From Phoronis australis (lineage: Eukaryota; Animalia; Phoronida): DNA of 64,000 nt. The position numbers were made by a program, and so were the translations under genes. Each line of letters starts with the position of its first letter. The first letter of the stretch is position 1. The notes beneath the pieces are model-generated. The model had not been told where the DNA came from, did not search any database, and was given only the letters and a program-made list of their open reading frames with translations. The DNA lies in contig NMRA01000085.1 of NCBI GenBank assembly GCA_002633005.1, positions 991,520-1,055,519 of the forward strand. Direction: 5' to 3'. Positions 12,807 through 23,514 of this stretch are shown piece after piece.

Positions 12807-13288
12807 TTTCTGGCAAGTGGTCAAAATAAAGACGCTTCCTGGACAAAAACCTGGTTGGCAGCTGCGTAACACTGTTTGGGATTAGATGGCAATCACTTGA
12901 TTACATTTATCTAGACACAACGTATGCTTTGCAAGTCAATGGTTTTAATCTTCGTGTACTTGCTAGTAAAATACTGAAGATTGATTCCTGTTCTAACTAC
13001 TTCTTGAAGAAAAAGTAGCTTACAGACAACAATGACGTGGTGGTACGTTCTTTATTCGTTGATGGTCTTCTGCACAGAGTTGAACATTTTACGGAGCAAT
13101 GCAAACAGTTTCGCTCGACTCAATTTTGGTATGCAAGACATGCCAAGCTGACAAAGACAATATAATTTTTTTTATTCGTGAACATTTTGAGATGTTGGAC
13201 GCCTTTTCATCACGCAAGTGTTGCAATAAATGTAGAAGAAATGCTGGAAAATCACTGAATCAAATCCTTGTGGGGCACACTAACTACC

Positions 13289-13460
13289 AGGGCTTGAAAT
13301 TTTCCTCTTCTCATTTGATTTCCAGTTTCCTCTTTGTTGTCTTTTTTGGCATTAGTTTGACTTTATTCATGCAAAAACCTTTATTTCAGTTAAATTTTAC
13401 CTCACAAAAGGTATTTCTATGACCTGGAAAATTTCCTCTTTTTTGTCATTCCAAACCCTG
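13289..13460. mobile_element. Short MITE (second, more degenerate copy at ~736-983)
   Basis: TIR cagggcttgaaat / attccaaaccctg; the internal sequence ctcatttgatttccagttt and ttcctctttttgtcattccaaac is shared with 736-983. Confidence 0.55.
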
Positions 13461-13579
13461 ATCTACTCTATCTCCATCACGTATTTTATATCGTCGCTAT
13501 ATCGAAAAATGTTTGACAGGATAATTGTTTGCAATTTATTTTTGAAATTGCCTATTTCAGTATACGTCGTTGTTTCTAG

Positions 13580-13783
13580 CTTTCCAGGGCAATATTGGCC
13601 CAGTGGCCTTTGAGGTGTATTCGCTTCTACCAAGCTTCAGGCAAAGGTCATTTCCAAATTGAAGCTGGACATCGCGCACCGATGGGTCCAGGAATATACA
13701 ACTTCAATACTCGCAAAAATGAGGACAACAGAATGTATGATATCCTGGATGACTTTGTGAACAAAGCTATTGGTTTGTCAAAG
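13580..13783 (+). CDS. Docking protein exon: C-terminal half of IRS-type PTB domain
   Basis: tttctag acceptor and aag|gtattc donor; LSRAILAQWPLRCIRFYQASGKGHFQIEAGHRAPMGPGIYNFNTRKNEDNRMYDILDDFVNKAIGLSK matches the Dok/IRS/FRS2 PTB signature WPxxxIRxY...FxxEAGRxxxxGxGxFxFxT; phase 0-0. Confidence 0.9.
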
Positions 13784-13997
13784 GTATTCTCTTTGTTCAG
13801 TTTCATTAATTCATTTATATGGTAAAAGTGTTTTCAAATTAGAACTCAAGGTGGCAGACCAGCAAAACTTTCTTTTATCAACATTTTCAACTCAACAATC
13901 AACAAAATTATGAACATTTTTGACAGTACAGTGAGTGTTCAAAAAATGAAGAAATGGTAGTTTTGGCATTTATTTCATTCAATTCTCTCAACTTTAG

Positions 13998-14152
13998 AGA
14001 ACCAATCCTGACGCAGACGAAGCTGTTGCTGAGCAGCATTCCAATATGGCCGACTTGTCTATGCATAATCTCAACAATCAATTTGACCAGCATCACTCGA
14101 GGATTTCTACGGACAACTACACGTCAGTCACCAAAGAGCCGTCAGTCATGAG
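13998..14152 (+). CDS. Docking protein exon (disordered linker)
   Basis: actttag acceptor and ag|gtaatt donor; RTNPDADEAVAEQHSNMADLSMHNLNNQFDQHHSRISTDNYTSVTKEPSVM; phase 0-2. Confidence 0.75.
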
Positions 14153-14508
14153 GTAATTTAAGTTTTAATTAGGATTGGTCCTTTGTAGGTGTTAGATTGA
14201 AGTTTGCTTTGAAGGTTTTGGTTCAGCAATGAATTGTGTTGAAACAAAATTTTGTTGCAAATCACAAACTATGGTTTTTCTGGCTTCAAATATGATTGAC
14301 AACCTTCATGAAGTTCTTCACATGTCATTTTCAACTGTTCATTTCCAACTAATAAAATTATATTTTCTGAATCCTTGCTGATTAAATTTATTGTCACTAT
14401 TAGTATGTTGGGAACCATGTCTCGAATGCTTGACAAACGACAGAAACTGTTGACCATTAGAATCTTATTTTAAAGAGCGTTCCAAGTCTTCGTTTTTGAC
14501 AACCAATT

Positions 14509-17116
14509 TCTTCATTTATACTTAAGGTAAATTGCAAAATCTGAAGCCCAATTCTCACTTGATTTCCAAAACTGCTAAAAGTGTCGCAAATTGAAGTCCT
14601 GAAAATGGCTGATAAAGATTTGCCGTGTTCTTGAAAACAATTTTTTGAGGTCATCTCAAACAACTCTCATATTTGGGGCCTCAAATGCTTTGGATGCCAG
14701 TGAAAAATGAAGATGCGATCTTATTCAGTGACTTGCATTTTTGAAAAAAACAAGCTTGTTGACAGAGGTCATTGACAAATCACTTAAAAATAATGTTATC
14801 CGTCTGGTAGATACATTCAGTACTTGGTAGATTCTTTTTCGCGTAGACGAAAATTGGGGTACTAATAGGCGTTTTCATACATTCTTGAACTAATGAGTGC
14901 TCTATTCACAAATTTTTAATTATTGACTATGCCTTTTAAAATGTCTCCATCTTGTTTCACTGTGTCATCACCTCCAATGGGAACTGAAGAATTTACTGTA
15001 TTGCATGAGGAAATCCAAACATATTCTGTGGTATTTGTTTTAAATGAGCTATAATCTGTGTGTGTAACGGAGCAGCCTGTATATACGTAGATATACTAAA
15101 GCTCAACAGAAGCCCAGTGGTGAATCAACAGAGAGGTATTTTCATTTCTTGCAGACATGCCACAACCCTTGCTTGAACATTATTGCTCAGACTGTGTGTT
15201 GTACTCTTTCGGCAGCACACAAAGTTTTGCTGATCGATATTTATCATTCTCTTAAAATAACGATTTCTGCTGTTGACGCTTCTTGGTATTCAAGTCGACT
15301 GCATTCTGGTAACCTGGAAAAAGTTCCAGGTATTTTTTTTTCTGTTTGAAGCCTACGCTGGTTCTTATTTAAATTTTGGCTTATTTGTGGATGGATGTCT
15401 GATATTTGTAGAATTCAAAATCAAACTGAAAACATTTTCTGCATGTTCTGTTTTACTTGGACAAACTCAAGATATGAAGCGTCTGTTAGTCTGTGCTGGA
15501 TTATCTTATGGTTTATGCATATGAGTTTTGAATCCCTAGTCCAAACTTAATGAGCCCCAGATTCAAGCTACTATTAAGTTACAAGTAAAAGTCTGAATTT
15601 CGAGTTCAGACTCAAACCTTTAGCCTTAATGCTGGGGTCATCAAGTGCAAACTAGGATTAGACAGTTATTCACGTTAGCCATTATGCACTTGAGAATAAA
15701 ATAATAGACACTCATCTTGAGTTGGTACTAAAGTACAACAGAAAATGCCAAAAATAATGTGGATTTGGACAAGTAAAAGGATAAGGTATGAGTCAGAAAT
15801 TTGGTCNTATCTTCATTTATACTGAAGGTAAATTGCAAAATCTGAAGCCCAATTCTCACTTGATTTCCAAAACTGCTAAAAGTGTCGCAAATTGAAGTCC
15901 TGAAAATGGCTGATAAAGATTTGCCGTGTTCTTGAAAACAATTTTTGTGAGGTCATCTCAAACAACTCTCATATTTGGGGCCTCAGATGCTTTGGATGCC
16001 AGTGAAAAATGAAGATGCGATCTTATTTTCAGTGATTTGCATTTTTGAAAAAAACGAGCCTGTTGACAGAGGTCATTGACAAATCACTTAAAAGTAATGT
16101 TATTCATCTGATAGCTACACTAAGTACTTGGTAGATTCTTTTTCGCGTAGATGAAAATTGAGGTACTAATTGGCATTTTCGTTTTCATTCATTTGGATCC
16201 ATTCTTGAACTAATGAGTGCACTATTCACAGATTTTTAATTACTGACTATGCCTTTTAAAATGTCTCCATCTTGTTTCATTGTGTCATCATCTCCAATGG
16301 GAACTGACGAATTTAATGTATTGCATGAGGAAATCCAAACATATTCTGTGGTGCTTGTTTTAAATGAGCTATAATCTGTGTGTGTAACGGAGTAGCCTAT
16401 ATTATACGTAGATATACTAAAGCTCAACAGAAGCCCAGTGGTGAATCAACAGAGAGGTATTTTCATTTCTTGCAGACATGCCACAACCCTTGCTTTAACA
16501 TTATTGCTCAGACTGTGTGTTGTACTCATTCGGCAGCACACAAAGTTTTGCTGGTCAATATTTATCATTCTCTTAAAATAACAATTTCTGCTGTTGACGC
16601 TTCTTGGAATTCAAGTCAACTGCATTCTGGTAACCTGGAAAATGTTCCAGGTATTTTTTTTTCTGTTTGAAGCCTACGCTGGTTCTCATTTGCATTTTGG
16701 CTTATTTGGGGCCGGATGTCTGTTCTTTGTAGAATTCAAAATCAAACTGAAATTATTTTCTGCATGTTCTGCTTTACTTGGACAAACTCAAGATATGAAG
16801 CGTCTGGATTATATTATGGTTTATGCATATGAGTTTTGAATCCCTAGTCCAAACTTAATGAGCCCCAGATTCAAGCTACTATTAAGTTACAAGTAAAAGT
16901 CTGAATTTCGAGTTCAGACTCAAACCTTTAGCCTTAATGCTGGGGTCATCAAGTGCAAACTAGGATTAGACAGTTATTCACGTTAGCCATTATGCACTTG
17001 AGAATAAAATAATAGACACTCATCTTGAGTTGGTACTAAAGTACAACAGAAAATGCCAAAAATAATGTGGATTTGGACAAGTAAAAGGATAAGGTATGAG
17101 TCAGAAATTTGGTCAT
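14509..17116. repeat. ~1.3-kb tandem duplication joined by a single N (probable haplotype assembly artefact)
   Basis: 14509-15806 is repeated at 15808-17116 with scattered SNPs and indels; n at 15807 lies exactly at the junction. Confidence 0.85.
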
Positions 17117-18197
17117 AATCTTCGCAAAAATTTTTCTGAAAATAATCAAAAACCTCATTTTTTTTACAAAAATACAGTCTCTGGGAATATACTCATTGCT
17201 TACTGAGATAATTTGAATAAATTATTTCTAGGTTCTCATGCACAATGTAAACCTGTATACAGTAATTGTAAAATGGAAGCACAAGCACAAGACCAAGTTT
17301 CTCTCTTAAGTCTTAAAAGCAATGGCAGCCTCACATTGGTTTGTTGATGCTATGGTGCTTCACAACCAGTTCATTAAGTGTTCAGCTACTATTCTTTGTC
17401 TTACATCATGTATAATTAATGCCAAATGACAATGGTTTGCAAAGTCAGATATCATTCTAGTTCACTATTAAGGCCTTTTCTCATACAGTCATCATCGCTG
17501 CTATTGAAGTTTCTATGCTAACTGTGGTTAACTGCGAAGTCTTACTCAGAAAACTGGTTCAGCAAAGTTATCGCAAGGCTGCACTTATATGACCTTTGGT
17601 CACATGTCTTGCTGTTTTTGTTAATGCCATCAAAAATGGCAAGGACCTATCCCTCTCTCCAAATGGAAAGTAGAATGTCAACTTCGCTTCAGCCAACGAC
17701 TTCCACGTTGGGACGATGATTATGTACTAGAAAATGACATTTTAAAAAAACTTGACTTTTGAAAATGATAACTGATCCGAACAAAGGCAGCATGTCGTAT
17801 GGCAGGAACATTTCCTGCATAAGCTATCCATTCAGAAATTATTTTATTGTAAAGAATCCAGCAAAGACATGGATAAATTAAAGAGAGTGCTTATACTGTC
17901 AAAATAATAAGTATTAGAACAAAATATTAACCAATCACTGGCCGCTGTTGGCAAATCCAGTGACCCCTGGGTTTATGTGTTTCTGCTGAGAACAGTACGC
18001 CTGATAGTAATTTTGGTCAGGTCCGAGTACTGTGGCTCTCTTTAGTGGCAGTTATGTTTGTGCTTGTGACTCGATACGCACCAAATTCTTTGGGGAAACT
18101 TCATGAAATTTATACGTGTTCCTATTGAGCGAAGAGCATTGGACGTGAACTAAACTGACAAGTCTTGCTTTTTATGTCTACATGTTGTCTGTTACAG

Positions 18198-18357
18198 GCA
18201 GACGTCTAGTTCAAATCAAGAAAACATTCCACTGCCGATCAAGAACATTCGTCCATCCATTGCAGAGCCTCGCGTCCCTCCCAACGAATACTTAAATGTC
18301 ACACCAGAGGGCGCAGAGTGTCACACTGAGGCTCCAGCTACTGCTAAACACAGAGAG
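18198..18357 (+). CDS. Docking protein exon (contains YLNV motif)
   Basis: gttacag acceptor and gag|gtaagt donor; RQTSSSNQENIPLPIKNIRPSIAEPRVPPNEYLNVTPEGAECHTEAPATAKHRE; phase 2-0. Confidence 0.8.
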
Positions 18358-19220
18358 GTAAGTTTTGTTTTTGTGTGTCTGTGTAAACTTACAATTCAGA
18401 TGATTATTGTACAAAATGTAGCCTTGAAGCCCAACTTATGGTACTCAGTCTGGTTTCTGTACGTTCTTCCTGATCATGTGACCCACGACTGAACAACTAT
18501 CAACATGTTAAAATGTCAGGGAATTAACTCCGCAAGACACTCATGGAACATCTTGGTTTATGAAATGGACTTTGTTCACTTACTCCCATGATTCCACATT
18601 GCAGCGTCGCTGACCAATCATTTCAGTGGCAGTTATTCTGCCAGTTAATGTGAGTAAGGTTCCTAGCTTGCAAAAATTTGTCTTTCACTTGCATGATTAT
18701 GCAAGGTCCTGCATTATTTTGCTTTTCCTGCGGGATCTTGCTTCATGGAGTCAGCCCGGGTGTAAAACAAATATGCTGGTTAATATTACAATTATTTGTA
18801 TAAATTTCTTAAGCCTGAATGAGCAATAGTGCAGGTTTTGATTCTGCGTTTTGGAACAATAATTCAGGTTTGAAACTGTGTTTGATGAACGAATTGCACT
18901 AAAATGTCACTAATTTCGGATGTGAAATGGCACAGAAAATGAAAATCAGTGATATTCACTTAAAAGAGGTCCTGCGTTTTGAGAACCAGTTTTTCCTTTG
19001 AATAACAGGCATTAAACTGGTTCTCAAAATTCAGTATTTTTGTGACTATTGCAGGAAATTCTATTTTCTCAATTTATCTTTTAGTAGGTCAAAGTTCACT
19101 GTCTCAAACTGAAGATTTGTTGCCATAGGTCAAGAATGTACAGACCTTGGAGTTGTTTCCCCTGTTCTGTCTTACTGGTTAGTGTGGCTACCCATTGTTT
19201 CACTGATTTGTTCTTCACAG

Positions 19221-19383
19221 GCCTTGAAAGTGTTCATTCCTCCACAGAGCGTGGATGTGGACAACAGACCTAAATTGTCCATACCACCCCAGAACGTGGA
19301 TAATAAACAACAACCTAAAGTGTTCCAGCGCCCTTTGGCAAGGAGTACCGATCCACTTGATATCAAGGCACCTATTAATGATG
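19221..19383 (+). CDS. Docking protein exon (Pro-rich)
   Basis: ttcttcacag acceptor and g|gttagt donor; ALKVFIPPQSVDVDNRPKLSIPPQNVDNKQQPKVFQRPLARSTDPLDIKAPIND; phase 0-1. Confidence 0.8.
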
Positions 19384-20939
19384 GTTAGTTTTGATAAAAA
19401 ATTCTTAATGGTTATACCTGTTCATGAAAATTTCCACCTCTGTACATATTATTTTATTACCAATCATTTCTATTTTATGTTCCTTAAGCTTGGAAATATT
19501 CTGTTCAGGTCAAAGTCCGGTGTTTTCTTGATCTTTTGTAAAGTTTCAGTGAAGTCTCGCCAATTTTGGACTAAAATAATTGCTAAAATTCTCCTTTGGT
19601 CATTTCTCAGTGGGTTCTAACAGTGTTGTATATGGCCACAATTTCTCATTTACGTTGCCAACTGCTAGCTGTAGTAGGGAAGTTGAACATGGATACCCAT
19701 TAATTTGGTGCTACATGTCTTTCTTGAGACAGTGAGGAGATATAATCTCGTTTGTCGGTCATATTGTGTCCTAAACTGCTGAGATCTTACTAATATGCTG
19801 TTTGCATTTCTGCAGTTTATAGTATAGAGGTCTCTGAATGTGCTGTTCTGTGCTCTGAGTTAAATTCTGTTTGAATCCACAAGCTGTCCATTTCTTGTTA
19901 TGTGTCTCGTATGTTGGTGCACGTTGGCATCGTCGTTATCTGGCATCTGTCAGCCGTATCACCTAAACTGCTTGCGGGAGTTCATGAACAAGCACCTGTA
20001 GGTGGCACTGGTTAGGTCAGGCCGAACTTCGAAATTCAGTCCACGATTATATTGTGCAATTAGGGACGCTAAGTTGTCATAATTGCAAAAACAGGATAAA
20101 AACATAATCCAAAACGATGATTTTCAAAGATAGTGCTACGTCGACTTATTACAAAATTTCAATTATTATTATATTATTAGGATGAGTCTATAAATCGACT
20201 GTCATAGCGATATTATGAAAGAAAAATTATTGTTCTTGAGAACTAAGGTGTAATGATAGAGATCACGGTAGGGATTTTTGTCAAACGACACTGATCATTG
20301 TGAGTGAAGCAAGTAATAAAATGTTGATCACGGTGACTGTAATATCAACAGTTATTATTAGCGTTTCAAATTATGTTTTTAGCCATCTACTACAGGTGGC
20401 AAATTGCAGCTTTAATTAACGCTGAAAATGTTACATTGGACTGAAGAGACACATAATAATTTATGTTTACTTTGAAAATGGCGATTTGGAATTGAGAACC
20501 AATTAGCCATGTTTCCTTTACTGGTGGGAATAGCCTGCAAATGAAATGCAGCAACATTAAAGCTATGGTTCTTGGGAAAAATAGGGTTTTTTTGTTTTGA
20601 CTACTTAACTCGATGAAATTGGTTTGTATTGTTCCTGATTTAGTTTAGAAGTGATGTTTGGGCCGGGGTTGAATTGGCAATTTGTTATTTCTTCAGACTG
20701 AGGTCACAAAGGTCACGACTTTGTTCAGCTCTTTCCAAGCCCAGATATCACTTTTATTGTCACTTAGCAACAATTTGAGACCTGTTTCATTGTGATGAGT
20801 GGCATAAATCAAAAACTGGTTTTTGACAGAAAGCGCACTTTAATGCGACATCACCTTGTAAGAAACTTTATGTACGATTATTTGGTATTTTATTTGATTA
20901 AGTTCCTTTCAATAAAAATGATAATAGTAAGACGAATAC

Positions 20940-21125
20940 GGTAGTAATACTTTATGATGTAATAATACCGTATGATATTGTAATAATACCGTAAATATGA
21001 TATTGTAGTCTTATGATATTTTAATAATACTTTATGATGTAATAATACTGTATGATACTGTAATAATACTGTATGATATTATAATGATAATATTATATGA
21101 TATTATAATGATAATACTGTATTAT
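20940..21125. repeat. AT-rich minisatellite-like tract (taatactgtatgatattgtaa variants)
   Basis: Repeated ~21-bp degenerate unit directly upstream of the terminal-exon acceptor. Confidence 0.75.
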
Positions 21126-21165
21126 TTTGTAACAATACTTCAGTGGTTTATATCATTCATTGTAG

Positions 21166-22804
21166 CCTTTCTCAGGAAGGAGCAGCCACACAGGCGCCAG
21201 CCACGCACAGTGAGCGAGCACTCCGCTAGTGGCGGTAGTGTGGGCAGCGAAATCTCATTCAAGTCTGAGTACATGCCCATGACTCCCAACGACGACTTCC
21301 TGTCCTCGTTCTCGCCTAGCAACAGCACCATGATGTCACCCCCGCCGACATTTTACGAGATCATGAATGCTGAGCAGAAGGATAGTTTGGCAGCGACATC
21401 TGATGGTCAACCCCAAGCATCATCTCCTGGTTACGCCGACATGAGAGGTTCAATGAGTAAACTTTCGTTAGATGCTCAAAGTAAAAACGATTCCTTGATG
21501 CAACCTGGAGGAATGGTGAAACAGCGAAAGGTGACTGATAGTCTTCCACCGTTAGATGGCACTGGAGGTAAAGGCAAGTTCAGATTCAATCGTATGAAGT
21601 CGTCAAGTAGTGAAGACTTCACAGAGCTGAAACGCAACACGCTGTACAACTGGAACCATGAATACGATAATGTGACATACGAAGTGGATGAACCTCACAC
21701 CTACGACGAAGCCGCATTCAAAGACATTGCAGATGATATCGGAGCAATGAGCCAGGAGGAAAGANCGCCGACATGAGAGGTTCAATGAGTAAACTTTCGT
21801 TAGATGCTCAAAGTGAAAACGGTTCCTTGATGCGACCTGGAGGAATGGTGAAACAGCGAAAGGTGACTGATAGTCTTCCACCGTTAGATGGCACTGGAGG
21901 TAAAGGCAAGTTCAGATTCAATCGTATGAAGTCGTCAAGTAGTGAAGACTTCACAGAGCTGAAACGCAACACGCTGTACAACTGGAACCATGAATACGAT
22001 AATGTGACATACGAAGTGGATGAACCTCACACCTACGACGAAGCCGCATTCAAAGACATTGCAGATGATATCGGAGCAATGAGCCAGGAGGAAAGACGCT
22101 CCCGTAGCCCGGAGGAAACACGATTTGCAATTGCAGATATTCGCAAGATGTTCAGCTTGAAGTCCAAACAGTTCAATCGCTCCATGTCAAACCCTAACAT
22201 AGTCGACATTGACTTCTCATCCCCAGTCACCAATAAGAGTTTGGCGGCAGACCCCGTAGCAGTGAAACCAGCGAGCAATTTCACACCCACTGCGTCATCG
22301 CAGAAAGAACGCAAGCAGTCAGCGGGGGTTCTCGGTCTATCTCTTCGATCAAAGTCTAAGAAAAAAGGAGTCTCTAAAGAAAAGCCGGATTCCCCAAAAG
22401 TGACCAGTTCTTCTAAGCAACTGAGTATTAAAGGCATCACCCCGAGCAATAAGAGCAAATCATTCACCAAAAAGAAGCCTCTTACACCCACTTCATCAAA
22501 CCAAAGTCACGAAACCGTGAGCCAAGAGGGCACTCATTCTGCTACTCTGTCACTATCCCCACCCAGTAGAGAGTTTACTTTTCCCCCTTCCCAAATCGAA
22601 GAGCAAGCCAGGAAGTCGTCTCTGGTGTTGGATGATGAGCGACCCCTGATTTGTAAAGGAGTGGAAAGCCCGCCGCAGCTAGCAGGAGGGGACGGTGCGA
22701 ATGTAATGGCACTAAACAGAGCGTTTAGTGACTCAAAGTCAAATGAACGACCAATGTTAGGCAGACGCTTACCAAGTCTTCCACAGAGCGAAACATGGTG
22801 TTAA
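21166..22804 (+). CDS. Docking protein terminal coding exon (Ser/Pro-rich tail with pTyr motifs); contains a 331-bp artefactual duplication
   Basis: ttcattgtag acceptor, phase 1 (A-FLRKEQP...). ORFs 21084..21776 and 21773..22804 join into one frame if one copy of 21434-21764 / 21766-22096 (split by n at 21765) is removed. Ends ...RRLPSLPQSETWC-TAA. Confidence 0.85.
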
Positions 22805-23379
22805 ACATGGTGAGATTCTTTTAATTGGCCATTTTACGGTTTTTTGATAACTTACTTATTGTGTATCTCTAAAATGGAGAATGTGATATATGTACTATCT
22901 AGATGACTACATGTTGACTAACGACGCCCTCTGGAGAGCCTCTTCAACATCTACAGTGAAATAGAATTGTCTCTATCTGCACCCTGTGGCAGCTGTTATC
23001 AACATTGTCTGACAAACATTTTGAGAATTGCTACAAATGCAATATTTTAGTGAAATTTTAATCAAACACCTGCAAGTGCTTGCCTGATAACTATGTAAAC
23101 AATTTGTTATTACTTAGTCACACATAGAACTGGTGGTATAATTTGGCTGAATTTTCTCCCATAATGCTTTGCAGTCAGTCACCTTTTCAAAAATCGTAGA
23201 ATAGTCTTGTTGGTAGTTGGTGTAAATAGCAACACTGGGTGACACATTGCTAGATATTGAACCAAGTTTTATACTTGGCAGGAAGCCCCTTTGTTTTAGT
23301 TTCGTCAACTTCGGGCCTCAACATAATCTTCAGGGATAATATTCTGGTGTACAGCTTTCTATTAAAGAAGCGATGACAT

Positions 23380-23514
23380 GTTCCCGTTTTCAGCTGGATT
23401 GTATGTTTTTGTGCCATCTAGTGGCCATTTTTATGACACAAATAAACAACCCTAAAAGCACACCATTTGCAATGCATTCGTGGGTGCATTTCAACACTCC
23501 GCGTTGCTCTTGTT
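23380..23514 (+). mobile_element. 3' fragment of the same HINE-like family, in the putative 3' UTR
   Basis: Matches 11630-11765 (accctaaaagcacaccattt...gcatttcaac...cgcgttgctcttgtt). Confidence 0.8.

Noticed and set aside
21084-21165. Hydrophobic N-terminus (MIILYDIIMIILYYF...) suggesting a signal peptide or TM segment
   Set aside because: It is a translation of the intronic AT-rich minisatellite; the real exon starts at the AG at 21164-21165.
22033-22491. 152-aa antisense ORF
   Set aside because: Shadow of the Ser/Lys-rich sense exon.
21773-22804. Independent 343-aa gene
   Set aside because: It is the continuation of the docking-protein terminal exon, split by an N-joined duplicated segment.
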